From a bacterium (GTDB taxonomy: Bacteria > UBA8248): a stretch of 64,000 bases of DNA. Of the stretch, positions 18,002 to 28,647 are shown in pieces; positions within the stretch are counted from its first letter, which is position 1; each line of letters opens with the position of its first letter. Location: the NCBI GenBank assembly GCA_965261085.1, contig OZ253442.1, positions 3,808,001-3,872,000 of the forward strand, written 5' to 3'. Position numbers and translations under genes: made by a program. The notes under the pieces were generated by a model that did not search any database, was not told the origin of the DNA, and saw only the letters and a program-made list of their open reading frames with translations.

Positions 18002-19015
18002 TTACACGCCGAAGAGCTTCTTGAACTTTGCACGCGTCGGCTTGTTCTTCTTCTTCAGTTCCGCGCCGCTAATGGCCATCAGCTTGATGTCCTTGAGCGC
18101 CGGTAACGCTTTGGGGTACTTCACATCCGGATTACCCACGTAGAGGAAGTAGTCCGCCAGAAGCTGCATGGTCTCCTGGGTGAACAGGTAATCAGTGAAC
18201 ACGCGCGCGGCGTTGGGGCGCGGCGATTTCGTGAAGACGCCGTTCGGCGAAGTCACCAAAGCCAAACCCGCCGGGGGAACGATGGGTTTGAGCGGCTCGC
18301 CTTTCTGAATCAGCTTGAGCAGGGCATACGAGGTCGTACCCGCTCCCAGCCAAGCTTCCCCGCGCGCTACGAGAGGAATGCCGCCGACTGCGGACTGCAC
18401 GATTTTGGGCTTTTGCATGGCCATCTTTTCATAATAACCCCAGCCGAATTTGTTCACGATATTGATCATGCCGTTCGTGACGAACCCGCTGTAGCTGGGG
18501 TGTGAGTGAACGATTTTGCCCTTCCATTTGGGGTCGAGGAAATCTGCATATGTCTTGGGCGCATCTTTCGCGCTGATTTTCTTGGTGTTGTAGAAAGGCA
18601 TCAACACGCCCGCGCGGAGAATCGTCCAGTAATTATCCTTCGTCACGAACATCGCGTTGAAGTTGTCCGTTCCGGCCGGCTTGTAAGGCGTGATGATTTT
18701 TTTGGCTTTGAGGTTCAGAAAATGACCCAGGTTCGATGTGTGAACCACGTCGGCGATGTAAATTCCACCTTTGCGCTCTTGCAGATAACGACGATAGAGC
18801 TTGCCAGAGCCGTCGCGGTGGAGGACGCACTTAATACCTGTTTTTTTCTTGTTGTAGCGGTTGCAGATATCCTGCGCGATATTTATCGTGAGCGAAGAAT
18901 ACCAGACAATTTTCCCTTCTTTCTTGGCTGCGCGCATGGTCGCATCATCCGCGGCGAACACCGGCGCGCTCAACAAAGCCACCGCCATGAGACCAGTGAT
19001 GATTCCTTTCAGCAT
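18002..19015 (-). CDS. Extracellular solute-binding protein (Fe3+/thiamine/AfuA-like family)
   Basis: Sec signal peptide, AAKKEGKIVWYSS, PKTYADFLDPKWKGK, PNAARVFTDYL. Confidence 0.88.
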   Translation of the reverse strand: MLKGIITGLMAVALLSAPVFAADDATMRAAKKEGKIVWYSSLTINIAQDICNRYNKKKTGIKCVLHRDGSGKLYRRYLQERKGGIYIADVVHTSNLGHFLNLKAKKIITPYKPAGTDNFNAMFVTKDNYWTILRAGVLMPFYNTKKISAKDAPKTYADFLDPKWKGKIVHSHPSYSGFVTNGMINIVNKFGWGYYEKMAMQKPKIVQSAVGGIPLVARGEAWLGAGTTSYALLKLIQKGEPLKPIVPPAGLALVTSPNGVFTKSPRPNAARVFTDYLFTQETMQLLADYFLYVGNPDVKYPKALPALKDIKLMAISGAELKKKNKPTRAKFKKLFGV

Positions 19016-19219
19016 TTTCTCTCTCCTCTACTTGTAAAGTAACCGACAGGTCCGTGTGAAGAAGCTATAACTCCAGAGTTTATGGAGTATTCTGAGATTT
19101 TCTTTAAGCCACCATTCATCATGTTTTTCAGAAGTATGGAAATCATACCAAAACTTCCCGCATCGTCAAGCGGGCGGAATCATACAATGGAATCTCGCAT
19201 GCGGTGCGTACAGGGATAT

Positions 19220-20506
19220 TCATGGCCGTGAAGCCTCTGCTCCGCCCTCTTGCGGCTTTCCCCCGGGAATAAAGCGCCGGGCGACAAAAATAGTGACGAT
19301 TGCCCCGAATATCGCCGCAATTCCCGGACCTATGAACGCCCAATCCCAATTGAGCGGAAGTTCACCATTGCTCGAATCATTACTCATATCCAAAAATTTT
19401 CCCACTACCATGGGCGCGAGGGACCCTAGCAGAAAACCCAAACCCGATTGAATTCCCAACGCTGAACCGAGGTGGCGTCTGGGCGTGAGTTCCGTGGTCA
19501 ATACCACCAGCACGGGAGCATCCACGTGCATCACGATCACCCAGATCAGGCAAAGAATCTGCAGAATTGCGAAAGGCGTCCCGAAAGCGAACCCGACAGA
19601 AACCGAAATGAGGCCACTTAAAAAAAGGCTCGCGATAATCGTGGGCGGGCGGCCAATGCGATCGGCAAACCAGCCGCCGATGAGCTTCGACACCGCGCTG
19701 AGCCCAATGATAAGGGCGGCGGATGAGGATGCAACACGCAGGGCGCTCTCGCGCGTCTCCGTTCCCGCCATCACCAAAGAGGCCGCCAAAAAGGTGACTA
19801 TCCAGCCTCTGAATGCGAACACCTCCCACCTGTGCGCACCCACAACACCCATCAGCATCCACACGGGAGCTGGCAGCCTGGGGAATTCAAACCCGGAATC
19901 TCCCTCCCCCCTCGGCGAGGGCAAGGAGGGCAGAAGAAACATCATGGCTAAAAATCCAACGGCGGGTCCCAGAGACGTCAACGCGAACGCCGTGCGCCAG
20001 TCGAAATTCGCAATGAGTACGCCCGTCACATAAATCGAAGCGGCGACGCCCACGGTATAAAAAAACGTATACACTCCCACCATGCGAGCACGCCCCCCCT
20101 GCGGGGCATACTCCGCCACCAGCCTCAACGCGGGCGCATACGTGCCAGCCAGCCCAACTCCCGTGAGACCCCGAAAAAGCGACGCGCTGATAAAACCATC
20201 GGCGAAGAGCGGGAACATGAAATTCAAGAGCGCCAGCCAAAGGCTTGAAGCCAAGTATATTTTTTTTGCGCTCATGTAATCCGTTGCGGTCGCCAGCACG
20301 GCCGAGGCGAGAATGTAGCCTACGTAAAACGCCGTATAAATCGTGCCTGCCTGCACGTTCGTAAGGTTCCACTCCGCCTTGAACAACGGGAGCGCCGCCA
20401 CATAATTCGCATAGACGAGCATCATCGGCACCTGGGCCGCGCAAATCGCCCAAAGCCAATGGGTTGATGGTGGATTTCGCTTTTGCATAAAACCCCTCTC
20501 GTCCAA
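19220..20506 (-). CDS. MFS transporter
   Basis: 12 hydrophobic segments, GWFADRIGRP motif A. Confidence 0.88.
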   Translation of the reverse strand: MDERGFMQKRNPPSTHWLWAICAAQVPMMLVYANYVAALPLFKAEWNLTNVQAGTIYTAFYVGYILASAVLATATDYMSAKKIYLASSLWLALLNFMFPLFADGFISASLFRGLTGVGLAGTYAPALRLVAEYAPQGGRARMVGVYTFFYTVGVAASIYVTGVLIANFDWRTAFALTSLGPAVGFLAMMFLLPSLPSPRGEGDSGFEFPRLPAPVWMLMGVVGAHRWEVFAFRGWIVTFLAASLVMAGTETRESALRVASSSAALIIGLSAVSKLIGGWFADRIGRPPTIIASLFLSGLISVSVGFAFGTPFAILQILCLIWVIVMHVDAPVLVVLTTELTPRRHLGSALGIQSGLGFLLGSLAPMVVGKFLDMSNDSSNGELPLNWDWAFIGPGIAAIFGAIVTIFVARRFIPGGKPQEGGAEASRP

Positions 20507-20633
20507 GATGAGGAGAGGATAAAGGATTCGATATCCTCTGGCGATGGAGCGGGTATTTTGTTGCCTTGCTATCCTGAAGCGAGCATCCTGTTATATGCTC
20601 CTTTGTCTGAACCAAATTTCCCGGAGCCAACAA

Positions 20634-21512
20634 ATGTCTACCCCCATCATTGATTTCAGAGTCTCATGTCCCATTCCCGAGGGTCTGGACAGATATTTGA
20701 AACCGACAGGCCGCTTTGCCGACTACGCCAAACATTATGGAGAAAGGGTGTATGGCAACGAGGAAGAGCACGGCTATATGAAGCCGAAGGAGTTTGTTGC
20801 CTTTTTGGACGAACAAGGGTTGGACAAGGCCCTGATCAAGACTTCCGACATGACGACAATCTCAGGCACGAAATTTCCCGCCGACGTTTTGCACGACTAC
20901 ATCAAGGATTACCCGGATCGCCTGATCGGAACGGCCGGGTGCGACCCTTTCCGCGGCATGGACGCGCTGCGCGATTTGGAGCGCGACGTCAAAGAATATG
21001 GCCTCCGGGGCGTGAACATGGGGCCATGGGAGCTTGGACTTCATGCGAACGACAAGAAATTTTACCCCATTTACGCCAAATGCGTGGAGTTGGACATCCC
21101 TGTTCTGCTCCACACGTCCATGAACCTCTCAAGCTCGAATCTGCTTGATTTCGGGCGTCCAATCTATCTGGATGAGGTGGCGAGGGATTTTCCCGAACTT
21201 CGTATCGTGGCAGTGCACGGGGGTTGGCCATGGATCTCGGAAATGATCGCGGTAAGTTGGAGACACCCCAACCTATATATCGAAATCAGCGGCACGATGC
21301 CCAAATACATCGCCACACCCGATACCGGCTGGGAACCCCTCATTCGTTACGGAAGCTCGGTGCTCAAAAATAAAATTCTCTGGGCCTCGAACTGGCCAAT
21401 GGTCAGCCCAAAGGAAAGTTTGGCTGAATTCGATAAATTCCCGCTGAAAGACGACGTGAAACAACTCTGGTTCGGAGGAAACGCTCTTAAGGTTTTGGGG
21501 CTGGAAGAATAA
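20634..21512 (+). CDS. Amidohydrolase family 2 protein
   Basis: PIYAKCVELDIPVLLH, ARDFPELRIVAVHGGWPW, KILWASNWP; GGAG RBS before ATG 20634. Confidence 0.88.
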   Translation: MSTPIIDFRVSCPIPEGLDRYLKPTGRFADYAKHYGERVYGNEEEHGYMKPKEFVAFLDEQGLDKALIKTSDMTTISGTKFPADVLHDYIKDYPDRLIGTAGCDPFRGMDALRDLERDVKEYGLRGVNMGPWELGLHANDKKFYPIYAKCVELDIPVLLHTSMNLSSSNLLDFGRPIYLDEVARDFPELRIVAVHGGWPWISEMIAVSWRHPNLYIEISGTMPKYIATPDTGWEPLIRYGSSVLKNKILWASNWPMVSPKESLAEFDKFPLKDDVKQLWFGGNALKVLGLEE

Positions 21513-21527
21513 ACATCCGAAGACAGA

Positions 21528-21558
21528 AAAAGCGGGAGCTTTCGCCACTCCCGCTTTT
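21528..21558. terminator. Bidirectional intrinsic terminator
   Basis: AAAAGCGGGAG...CTCCCGCTTTT between convergent genes. Confidence 0.82.
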
Positions 21559-21573
21559 GCATTCTGATTGCTT

Positions 21574-22467
21574 TTACGACGCCACTACCACTTCTTCGAT
21601 TAAGCCATACTCTTTCGCGAAGGCTCCCAACTTGCTCATGTTGGCATCAGATGGCGCACAGAGCGGCAGCCTGTATTCCAGCGCAATGCGCCCCATGATT
21701 GCCAAGGTCGCTTTCGCCGGAATCGGATTCGTTTCGCAGAACATCATATGGTTCAGTTCCCACATCTTGTAATGCAACTCTTTCGCCTTGGCGTAATCTC
21801 CATCGAGCTGGGCCTGACACATCCGGGCCACGTCTGCGGGCGCCACGTTCGCCGTCACCGAAATCGTGCCCACGCCACCCATCGCCATCATGGGCAACGT
21901 GACGAAGTCATCCCCTGAAAGCACGATAAAATCATCCGGCACACGAGAAATGATATCGCAGCAATTCGCCAAATTCCCGGTCGCCTCCTTGATACCCACG
22001 ATGTTGGGAATCTCCGAGAGGCGCGCCACCGTGTCGGGCGCTATCTGCACAACCGTGCGGCCTGGCACATTGTAGAGAACGATTGGGATATCCGCTGATT
22101 CAGCTATTGCACAAAAATGTTGGTAAAGCCCTTCTTGCGTAGGCTTGTTGTAGTAAGGCGCCACAAGGAGCGCGCCGTCCGCACCGGCCCTCATGGCGAA
22201 TTGAGTACGCTCAACGGCTTCTGCGGTGCTGTTCGAACCGGAGCCGGCAATGACCGGTATCCTCCCGTTAACCTGCTCGATCACCAACTCTACGACCCGG
22301 TCGTGCTCTTCATGGGTCAACGTGGCGGATTCTCCCGTGGTTCCACACGCCACAATCCCATGCGTTCCATTTTCAACATGAAATTCCACCAGAGAGCGAA
22401 TGCCCTCTTCGTCGAGTTTTCCGTCGCGGAATGGAGTAACCATCGCGACATAAGAACCCTTGAACAT
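21574..22467 (-). CDS. dapA: 4-hydroxy-tetrahydrodipicolinate synthase
   Basis: GTTGES, PYYNKPTQEG, LYNVPGRT, GIKEA, ETNPIP. Confidence 0.96.
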   Translation of the reverse strand: MFKGSYVAMVTPFRDGKLDEEGIRSLVEFHVENGTHGIVACGTTGESATLTHEEHDRVVELVIEQVNGRIPVIAGSGSNSTAEAVERTQFAMRAGADGALLVAPYYNKPTQEGLYQHFCAIAESADIPIVLYNVPGRTVVQIAPDTVARLSEIPNIVGIKEATGNLANCCDIISRVPDDFIVLSGDDFVTLPMMAMGGVGTISVTANVAPADVARMCQAQLDGDYAKAKELHYKMWELNHMMFCETNPIPAKATLAIMGRIALEYRLPLCAPSDANMSKLGAFAKEYGLIEEVVVAS

Positions 22468-22838
22468 GAGAAGACCTCCTTCTCCCTCCGCCAATCGCGG
22501 CAACAAAGAATGTCAAACCCTATTTTCACATAGGGCAAACTGGATGTGCGTTGCTATACTTAATTCGAGCATCACATTACTCTTTGATAATCTAAACTCT
22601 ATCAAAACAGCTTACCAGGCGCAAGAAATGGAATTTAAGGGTATGATGCGGGCTGAATCCTCACCATCATAAGTAGAAGTACAATCATCTAGTGGGACTT
22701 CCACGGTGCCCCATAATATTTCGACTTTGACAAACACGTGGAAAAAGTTTTATTTTGACCAAAGTTCAAAGGTTGCAATTCTTATCCATAGAACTTTTTC
22801 AGAACCCGCCCGAATCGCCCGGAATTTAAGGGAAACGC

Positions 22839-24023
22839 ATGTCATTCGTTCTGGGGCACCGCCGGCGATTCCGTCTGACCATCATCACATTCGCATTGTT
22901 CTTGTTCACATGTTCTCTTTCTCTCGGTGTAGATTCAGCTTCCGCGCGCCGAAAGCGCTCCCGTAAAGCGGTCATCCCCTATCGTTCCATTCTATTGCTC
23001 GAAGCGAATACGGGCCGTGTCCTGAAAGCAAAGAACGAGCGGCTTGCCACAAAACCCGCCTCCATCGTGAAAATGATGACCGCTCTAATCGCCATGGAAC
23101 AAATTAAAAGAAATATCATCCATCTCGATGAGATCATCACCGTCAGCAGGAGCGCCTCGCGAATCGGAGGCCAGCAAGTGTATCTGGCGCACGGGGAAAA
23201 ATTTTCCCTGAGAAATTTAATGAAATCCATCATCATCAGTTCCGCGAACGATTCATCCTACGCCGTGGCGGAACACATTGCCGGCGACGCTGAAGCCTTC
23301 GTCGGAATGATGAACCAGCGCGCCAAAGAGCTCGGCATGACGAACACCCATTTCGTCAACGTCAACGGGCTTCCCCCAGGCAGAAAGAAACCGACCAATC
23401 GAATGAGTGCGCGCGATGCCGGCATTCTCGCTCGCGAGTTGATAAAATATCCACTCATCATGAAGTGGAGCGCCACCAAGAATGCTCCTTTCCGGAACGG
23501 GAGCTTCACCCTGACCAACACGAACAATCTCTTGGGGCGCTTTCGGGGTATGGATGGGCTCAAAACAGGCTATCACCGAAAAGCGGGATTCAGCATCGTC
23601 GCCACGGCCAAACGCAAGAATTTACGACTCATCGCCGTCGTGATGGGCTCGAGCCACTCCAGACACCGGTTCAAAGAGGCAAAACGTTTGCTCGCCTGGG
23701 GATTCATCCAATACCGTTGGGTCAATTTGGGTAGAAGCAAAAAACCGAAACGCGAGCAAATCAAGGTGTTGAAGGGCCAGAAGCGAACGGTGCGCATCCG
23801 GCTTAAGGGAAGCGTCGAGGCATTGGTGAGAAGGGGTGAGGAAAAACGCATATCCATGAAACTGGAACTGCCTGAAGCGGTACCCGCCCCCATCCGCACC
23901 GGCCAAAAGGTGGGCCGAGTCACATATGAACTGGGAGGCAACAAACTTGGCGGGGCCGACCTTGTGGCCTCTGAATCGGTAAAGAAACTAGGCTTTTTCC
24001 AATCTTTGATACAGTTCCGCTAA
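22839..24023 (+). CDS. dacA: D-alanyl-D-alanine carboxypeptidase (PBP5/6 family)
   Basis: SIVK (SxxK), SAN, KTG and a PBP5 C-terminal domain. Confidence 0.88.
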   Translation: MSFVLGHRRRFRLTIITFALFLFTCSLSLGVDSASARRKRSRKAVIPYRSILLLEANTGRVLKAKNERLATKPASIVKMMTALIAMEQIKRNIIHLDEIITVSRSASRIGGQQVYLAHGEKFSLRNLMKSIIISSANDSSYAVAEHIAGDAEAFVGMMNQRAKELGMTNTHFVNVNGLPPGRKKPTNRMSARDAGILARELIKYPLIMKWSATKNAPFRNGSFTLTNTNNLLGRFRGMDGLKTGYHRKAGFSIVATAKRKNLRLIAVVMGSSHSRHRFKEAKRLLAWGFIQYRWVNLGRSKKPKREQIKVLKGQKRTVRIRLKGSVEALVRRGEEKRISMKLELPEAVPAPIRTGQKVGRVTYELGGNKLGGADLVASESVKKLGFFQSLIQFR

Positions 24024-24041
24024 CACACTGCGCAAACGAAC

Positions 24042-25262
24042 CTACCCGGGATGAATCTCTTTCATCCTACCCATAAAAGGCAGGGCGATTGCCATAAACA
24101 TGAGCATTACCACCTCGGAATCGCCAAAGTTGTATTCAAACATCCCCGCACTTAAGAAACCCGCGGCCACCGCCAAACCTCCTACCATTCGAAATCGTGT
24201 TCCGAAAGGCGCATCTCTCGTATCCAGAATTCGCTGAATTACCAAGACGAAATATCCGAGCCAGGCCCAAATCCAAGCGCCCAGAGCAAAAATTCCTCGC
24301 TCAGCAGCCAAATGAACGATATTGTTGTGCAAATGGGCCAGAGATTTTTGGGTCGCTTTGGGGTTCACATAGTGAGCATAATTGTCTTTGATTTCCCCGG
24401 GTCCAAAACCCAGAATACTTTTATCCATGAACATTTTGATGCCGCTTTTCCACATATAAATACGCTCCACGGCCGTTTCGTCCTGAAGATTCACGATGCT
24501 CTTCACGCGCTGGCTTATGGAATGAGGAGCCATGAATATCGCCAATACCATCACCAGGGCCAAACATAAACCGGCCTTTCTACTTTTACTCGCTACGGCG
24601 ACGACCACCATCCCCACGGCGAGGCCAACCCAGGCATTACGACTCAAAGTGGTCAGCAATGCAGAGATAATCAACAAGACCGACGCATAGACCCACATAC
24701 TGTTCCGTTCCCGAGGCGGCACAAAAATATATGAAAGCGCTAGGGTGCCGACTACAAGTAAAAAACCTCCGAATGTCATGTATATGCTGAAAAAGCCCGA
24801 CATCCGATTCTCCAGAGATAAGGCTCCTTCCAGCGAAACACCCAAGGCATATAAGGCGGCAACGCTCGTGACCACAACGAGTGCTTTCACCAGCCAAAGC
24901 GCTTCCCAGTCATCATCGATAACGTTGATGGCCAAATAAAAAATCATGATTTGCGTCAATTCTCTCGCCTCGAGCAAGCTCTTGATCGAATCGGGAGCAT
25001 GGAAGGAACTGGCGAGAGTCAATATCGCGAAAAGGAGCCAAGGCCTCCACAACGGAAATTTTTGAGTCAGCAGGGGAGCCGCCTTGGCCATAGAAGTCAG
25101 CCACGCCACCATGGCGGTGAACACACAAATTTGAGCGAGCGATATCGACAACGGGGCACTGACGGCAAACCCCAATAGACCACCGAACGCCACCCGAGAA
25201 AGAGGTGAACGCTTCCGAAAGCGCTCCCCCAGTTCTATTAAGGAGCCTTTTAATTCATGCAT
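24042..25262 (-). CDS. waaL: O-antigen ligase family protein
   Basis: Polytopic; TLSRNAW, ERIYMW..G.GPG, HLHNN..AERG; start uncertain. Confidence 0.8.
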   Translation of the reverse strand: MHELKGSLIELGERFRKRSPLSRVAFGGLLGFAVSAPLSISLAQICVFTAMVAWLTSMAKAAPLLTQKFPLWRPWLLFAILTLASSFHAPDSIKSLLEARELTQIMIFYLAINVIDDDWEALWLVKALVVVTSVAALYALGVSLEGALSLENRMSGFFSIYMTFGGFLLVVGTLALSYIFVPPRERNSMWVYASVLLIISALLTTLSRNAWVGLAVGMVVVAVASKSRKAGLCLALVMVLAIFMAPHSISQRVKSIVNLQDETAVERIYMWKSGIKMFMDKSILGFGPGEIKDNYAHYVNPKATQKSLAHLHNNIVHLAAERGIFALGAWIWAWLGYFVLVIQRILDTRDAPFGTRFRMVGGLAVAAGFLSAGMFEYNFGDSEVVMLMFMAIALPFMGRMKEIHPG

Positions 25263-25527
25263 AAAGTTGCTCTCTCGCATCAGAACCAAAAGTAGTTGGT
25301 CGCTTTTTCCGAGCAACGTTTTTGCGAACAATCGTTTAGAGAAGTACTACACCCCGGGCCCACAACAGTCCAATTCTCGGAATAATATATGGAACCAAAG
25401 CGAGAAAACAGAAACTCAGACTTACCGGCGAATGACAGGTGCCACGATAGAGCCTCTCATCCCAAAAATCAGTTTGGAACGTGAGACTATCTTTCATCCA
25501 TTTGCATTGTCCATTTAACAAACAATA

Positions 25528-27315
25528 TTACGATATCGTCCCACCATTCGTTGCACTATTGATTTCACTGGAAAGAGACATTTCCTCGTTTGCAAACGGC
25601 ATTTCATAGAGTCTTTGGTACAAACCACCTCGCTTCATTAACTCATCGTGCGTCCCCTTCTCCACAATCCGTCCCCCATCGAGTACGATGATCAAATCAG
25701 CGTTTCGGACCGTTGAGAGCCTATGAGCCACCACGAACGTGGTGCGACCCTTCATCAATGGCTCAAGAGCTTCTTGAATCAACTGCTCGCTCTCTGTGTC
25801 GAGCGCGCTCGTGGCTTCATCAAGCAGCAAAATAGAAGGATCCCTCAAAATCGCGCGAGCAATGGCGATGCGCTGGCGTTCCCCACCTGATAGGCGTACT
25901 CCCTCTTCACCCAGCATGGTCTCATACCCATTTTGAAATTCCATAATAAAATTATGGGCATTGGCCGCTTTCGCCGCCGAGATTATTTCTTCACGGCTGG
26001 CAGGCCTCTTCGCCCCATAGGCGATGTTGTTTGCCGCCGTATCATTAAACAAAATCACTTGCTGGGTTACTACGGCGATCTGGGCGCGCAAGCTATTCAG
26101 TGAATACAGGGACGCTTCTTTCCCGTCGAAGGAAATACTCCCCCGACTGGGTAAATAAAAGCGCGGGATCAAATCCAGCAAAGTGCTTTTTCCCGCACCG
26201 CTCATCCCTACAACAGCCAGGATACAACCCGCCGGCACTTCGACATCGATATCCTCCAGCGTAACTTCATCTGAATAGGAAAAGTGCACACCCTCGAATC
26301 GAACATGTTGGGAAAGCCGCCCCATCGCTTCGCCATCTAAGTTCTTGTCTTCTTGAAGATGTTCATCCAAAATTTCAAAGACCGCCTGGCCACCCGCAAT
26401 TCCTTCCACCAGGCTATGAGACACACTGGTGAAGGATTTCAGCGGGCCGTAGGCCATGCCCAGGGCAACCGCGAAACTCGTCAGCTTTCCTGGATCCATA
26501 CTTCCCTGGATGACCGACTGAGCGCCAAACCACAAAATCCCCGCCCCCAAAATACCACCTATGATCTCCACAATTGGAGGCGCCAGCGAGCGAACCCGCA
26601 TGGCCCGCATTACGGTGTCAAAAAAGGAGCGGGTGGCGCGTACAAAACGGCTCTCCTCCTCACCTTCCGCTCCAAACGCTTTGACAACACGAATCCCCAC
26701 ATAGGTTTCCTTCATCAAGTTGCTCATGTCGCCCATGCGCGCCTGGCTTCTCCGTGTGATTCGGCGAATCTTCTCTCCCATCGTCACAACCAAAAATGCC
26801 ACCAAGGGAATGATGACGATGAATATCACCGCCATTTGGGGACTCTGGTAAATGGCCACACCAAGTAAGGCGATAAAAGTGAACCCATGCCGTAGCAAAT
26901 CCCGCACAGAGTTAGTCGCCGCATTCTGCATTAAAGAGATGTCATAAATGACTTTTGACATCAGTTCTCCGGTCGTCTTCATCTCAAAAAACCGAATCGG
27001 TAAATGAAGAAGATGCCGGTGGAGCTCATTTCTGACATCCATCACCACATGCTGACCAACCCAGTGCATGAAATAATTCTGGAAATAAGCGGCGATGCCT
27101 TTTGTCATATAGACGATGACCAGAGACAAACAAATCAAAAAGACAATGTCGGAGCGCTTCGAGATTAAAATATCATTGATGACATGTTGAACGAGGTAAG
27201 CGGGATACGCATTCAGACCACCAACAATGATTGTACAGGCGACAGCGATGCTGAACCGAAACCGGTACGGACGTAAATATTTCAGGAGTCTGAGATAAAC
27301 CTGGGTGCGGCTCAT
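25528..27315 (-). CDS. msbA: Lipid A export ABC transporter MsbA
   Basis: TM domain plus GMSGAGKST, LSGGERQR, DEATSALD; LPS gene context. Confidence 0.88.
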   Translation of the reverse strand: MSRTQVYLRLLKYLRPYRFRFSIAVACTIIVGGLNAYPAYLVQHVINDILISKRSDIVFLICLSLVIVYMTKGIAAYFQNYFMHWVGQHVVMDVRNELHRHLLHLPIRFFEMKTTGELMSKVIYDISLMQNAATNSVRDLLRHGFTFIALLGVAIYQSPQMAVIFIVIIPLVAFLVVTMGEKIRRITRRSQARMGDMSNLMKETYVGIRVVKAFGAEGEEESRFVRATRSFFDTVMRAMRVRSLAPPIVEIIGGILGAGILWFGAQSVIQGSMDPGKLTSFAVALGMAYGPLKSFTSVSHSLVEGIAGGQAVFEILDEHLQEDKNLDGEAMGRLSQHVRFEGVHFSYSDEVTLEDIDVEVPAGCILAVVGMSGAGKSTLLDLIPRFYLPSRGSISFDGKEASLYSLNSLRAQIAVVTQQVILFNDTAANNIAYGAKRPASREEIISAAKAANAHNFIMEFQNGYETMLGEEGVRLSGGERQRIAIARAILRDPSILLLDEATSALDTESEQLIQEALEPLMKGRTTFVVAHRLSTVRNADLIIVLDGGRIVEKGTHDELMKRGGLYQRLYEMPFANEEMSLSSEINSATNGGTIS

Positions 27316-27518
27316 CTGGGATTCTCTTGAAAATTCAACTTAGGTGTCATATGAACCAGCTCAAAAGGCACACCCAATCGACTCGCCTCCCCCTCAGTTT
27401 GCCACCCGGTTGCCCAATTTGTAGAACCTTGCGCCCGCGATTGATAAGAGAAGTAGCCTCGAGGGGGGATTCTTTCCCCCTGCCTCCCATACCCGGGGAG
27501 GCTTCTTTATGGACAACG

Positions 27519-28343
27519 TTAAGAGGACTCACGTCCCCGACATAGCTCCCACAAAAAGGCGGCGCGCATGAACACATAATAAGCAGAACCAACTGATACC
27601 CATAGCCCCTGAACGCCATCCCTAAGGCCCATCTTCAAGATGTAGCTTTTGAAAAAACGCCAAAGTGGGCGGATGACAAAATCACCTACCCCAGGTCGTA
27701 CTCCCTTGGAAAATAAATCTTCCGCCGACAACTCGGCGTATTTCACTTGTCGCTGGATGAAATCTACAAACTCATCGTAACTACGGTGTTCCAGTGGGGC
27801 TGAAAACACACCCACATGCCCATGTACCAAGACGGATTCGTGAACACTTTTCTCGTTAAACTCTCCCGCATCACGCCGGAACAGTCGCACCTGATAATCC
27901 GGCCAAAGATCGCCATGACGGAGCCAGCGGCCAAAGAATATATTCTTTCGGGGCACCCGAAACCCCTTTGCAGGACCATCGGTAGACAAAACAGAGAGAA
28001 TTTCCTTGGTAAGCTCAGGACTTACGCATTCATCTGCATCCAGACTCAATATCCAGGAATGACTCGCTTTCGAGATAGCGAAATTTTTTTGCGCCGCATA
28101 GCCTTGCCAAGAATGTTGAATGATTAGCGCTCCACGTTTTTGGCATATTTCCTGGGTCCCATCCGTACTACCTGCATCTACAATAATAATTTCATCCGCC
28201 CAGGAAACGCTGTCGATGCATGCACCGATGTGTTCCGCCTCATTATGGGCAACAATCGTGACGCTAATCGATTCCCTTTTCGCTCTGGATACAAGCTTCT
28301 CGCCTGTATTGGCTTCGGCAGATGTTTCCGCCAAGCCAGACAT
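27519..28343 (-). CDS. Glycosyltransferase family 2 (WaaE/KdtX-like)
   Basis: HNEA..I..C, VDAGSTDGT, LDADE, PDYQVRLF, VHE. Confidence 0.88.
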   Translation of the reverse strand: MSGLAETSAEANTGEKLVSRAKRESISVTIVAHNEAEHIGACIDSVSWADEIIIVDAGSTDGTQEICQKRGALIIQHSWQGYAAQKNFAISKASHSWILSLDADECVSPELTKEILSVLSTDGPAKGFRVPRKNIFFGRWLRHGDLWPDYQVRLFRRDAGEFNEKSVHESVLVHGHVGVFSAPLEHRSYDEFVDFIQRQVKYAELSAEDLFSKGVRPGVGDFVIRPLWRFFKSYILKMGLRDGVQGLWVSVGSAYYVFMRAAFLWELCRGRESS

Positions 28344-28347
28344 CTTT

Positions 28348-28545
28348 CTAGCCTTTTCCTTGGGCTTTCTCCCACTCATCAAGCGGGATGGCCTCGTCCA
28401 CAAGCATGATGGGGATGCCATCTTCGATTTTATAGACCAACCCCGATTCCCGAGCGATCAAAAAATTCCCATCTCCGCTTAATTCAAGCGGAGTCTTGGT
28501 GACTGGGCATGCCAAGATCTCCAACAACTCTTTATCCACGCTCAT
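28348..28545 (-). CDS. Trm112-like / YcaR family small protein
   Basis: LLEILACPVTKTPL...YKIEDGIPIMLVDEA. Confidence 0.88.
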   Translation of the reverse strand: MSVDKELLEILACPVTKTPLELSGDGNFLIARESGLVYKIEDGIPIMLVDEAIPLDEWEKAQGKG

Positions 28546-28647
28546 CTTCCGCTTATCTCCAATTTTCAACCGAACTCCCGAAACGACATTCGCACCTTCA
28601 AATCGCTGGTTACACCACTTCTGAAACTTGAAAATCACCCGCTTTTT

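Noticed and set aside
27465-27502. Twin GC hairpins upstream of msbA as a possible riboswitch or ncRNA
   Set aside because: The stems are short and show no recognisable aptamer motif; probably terminator or stability hairpins after the GT2 gene.
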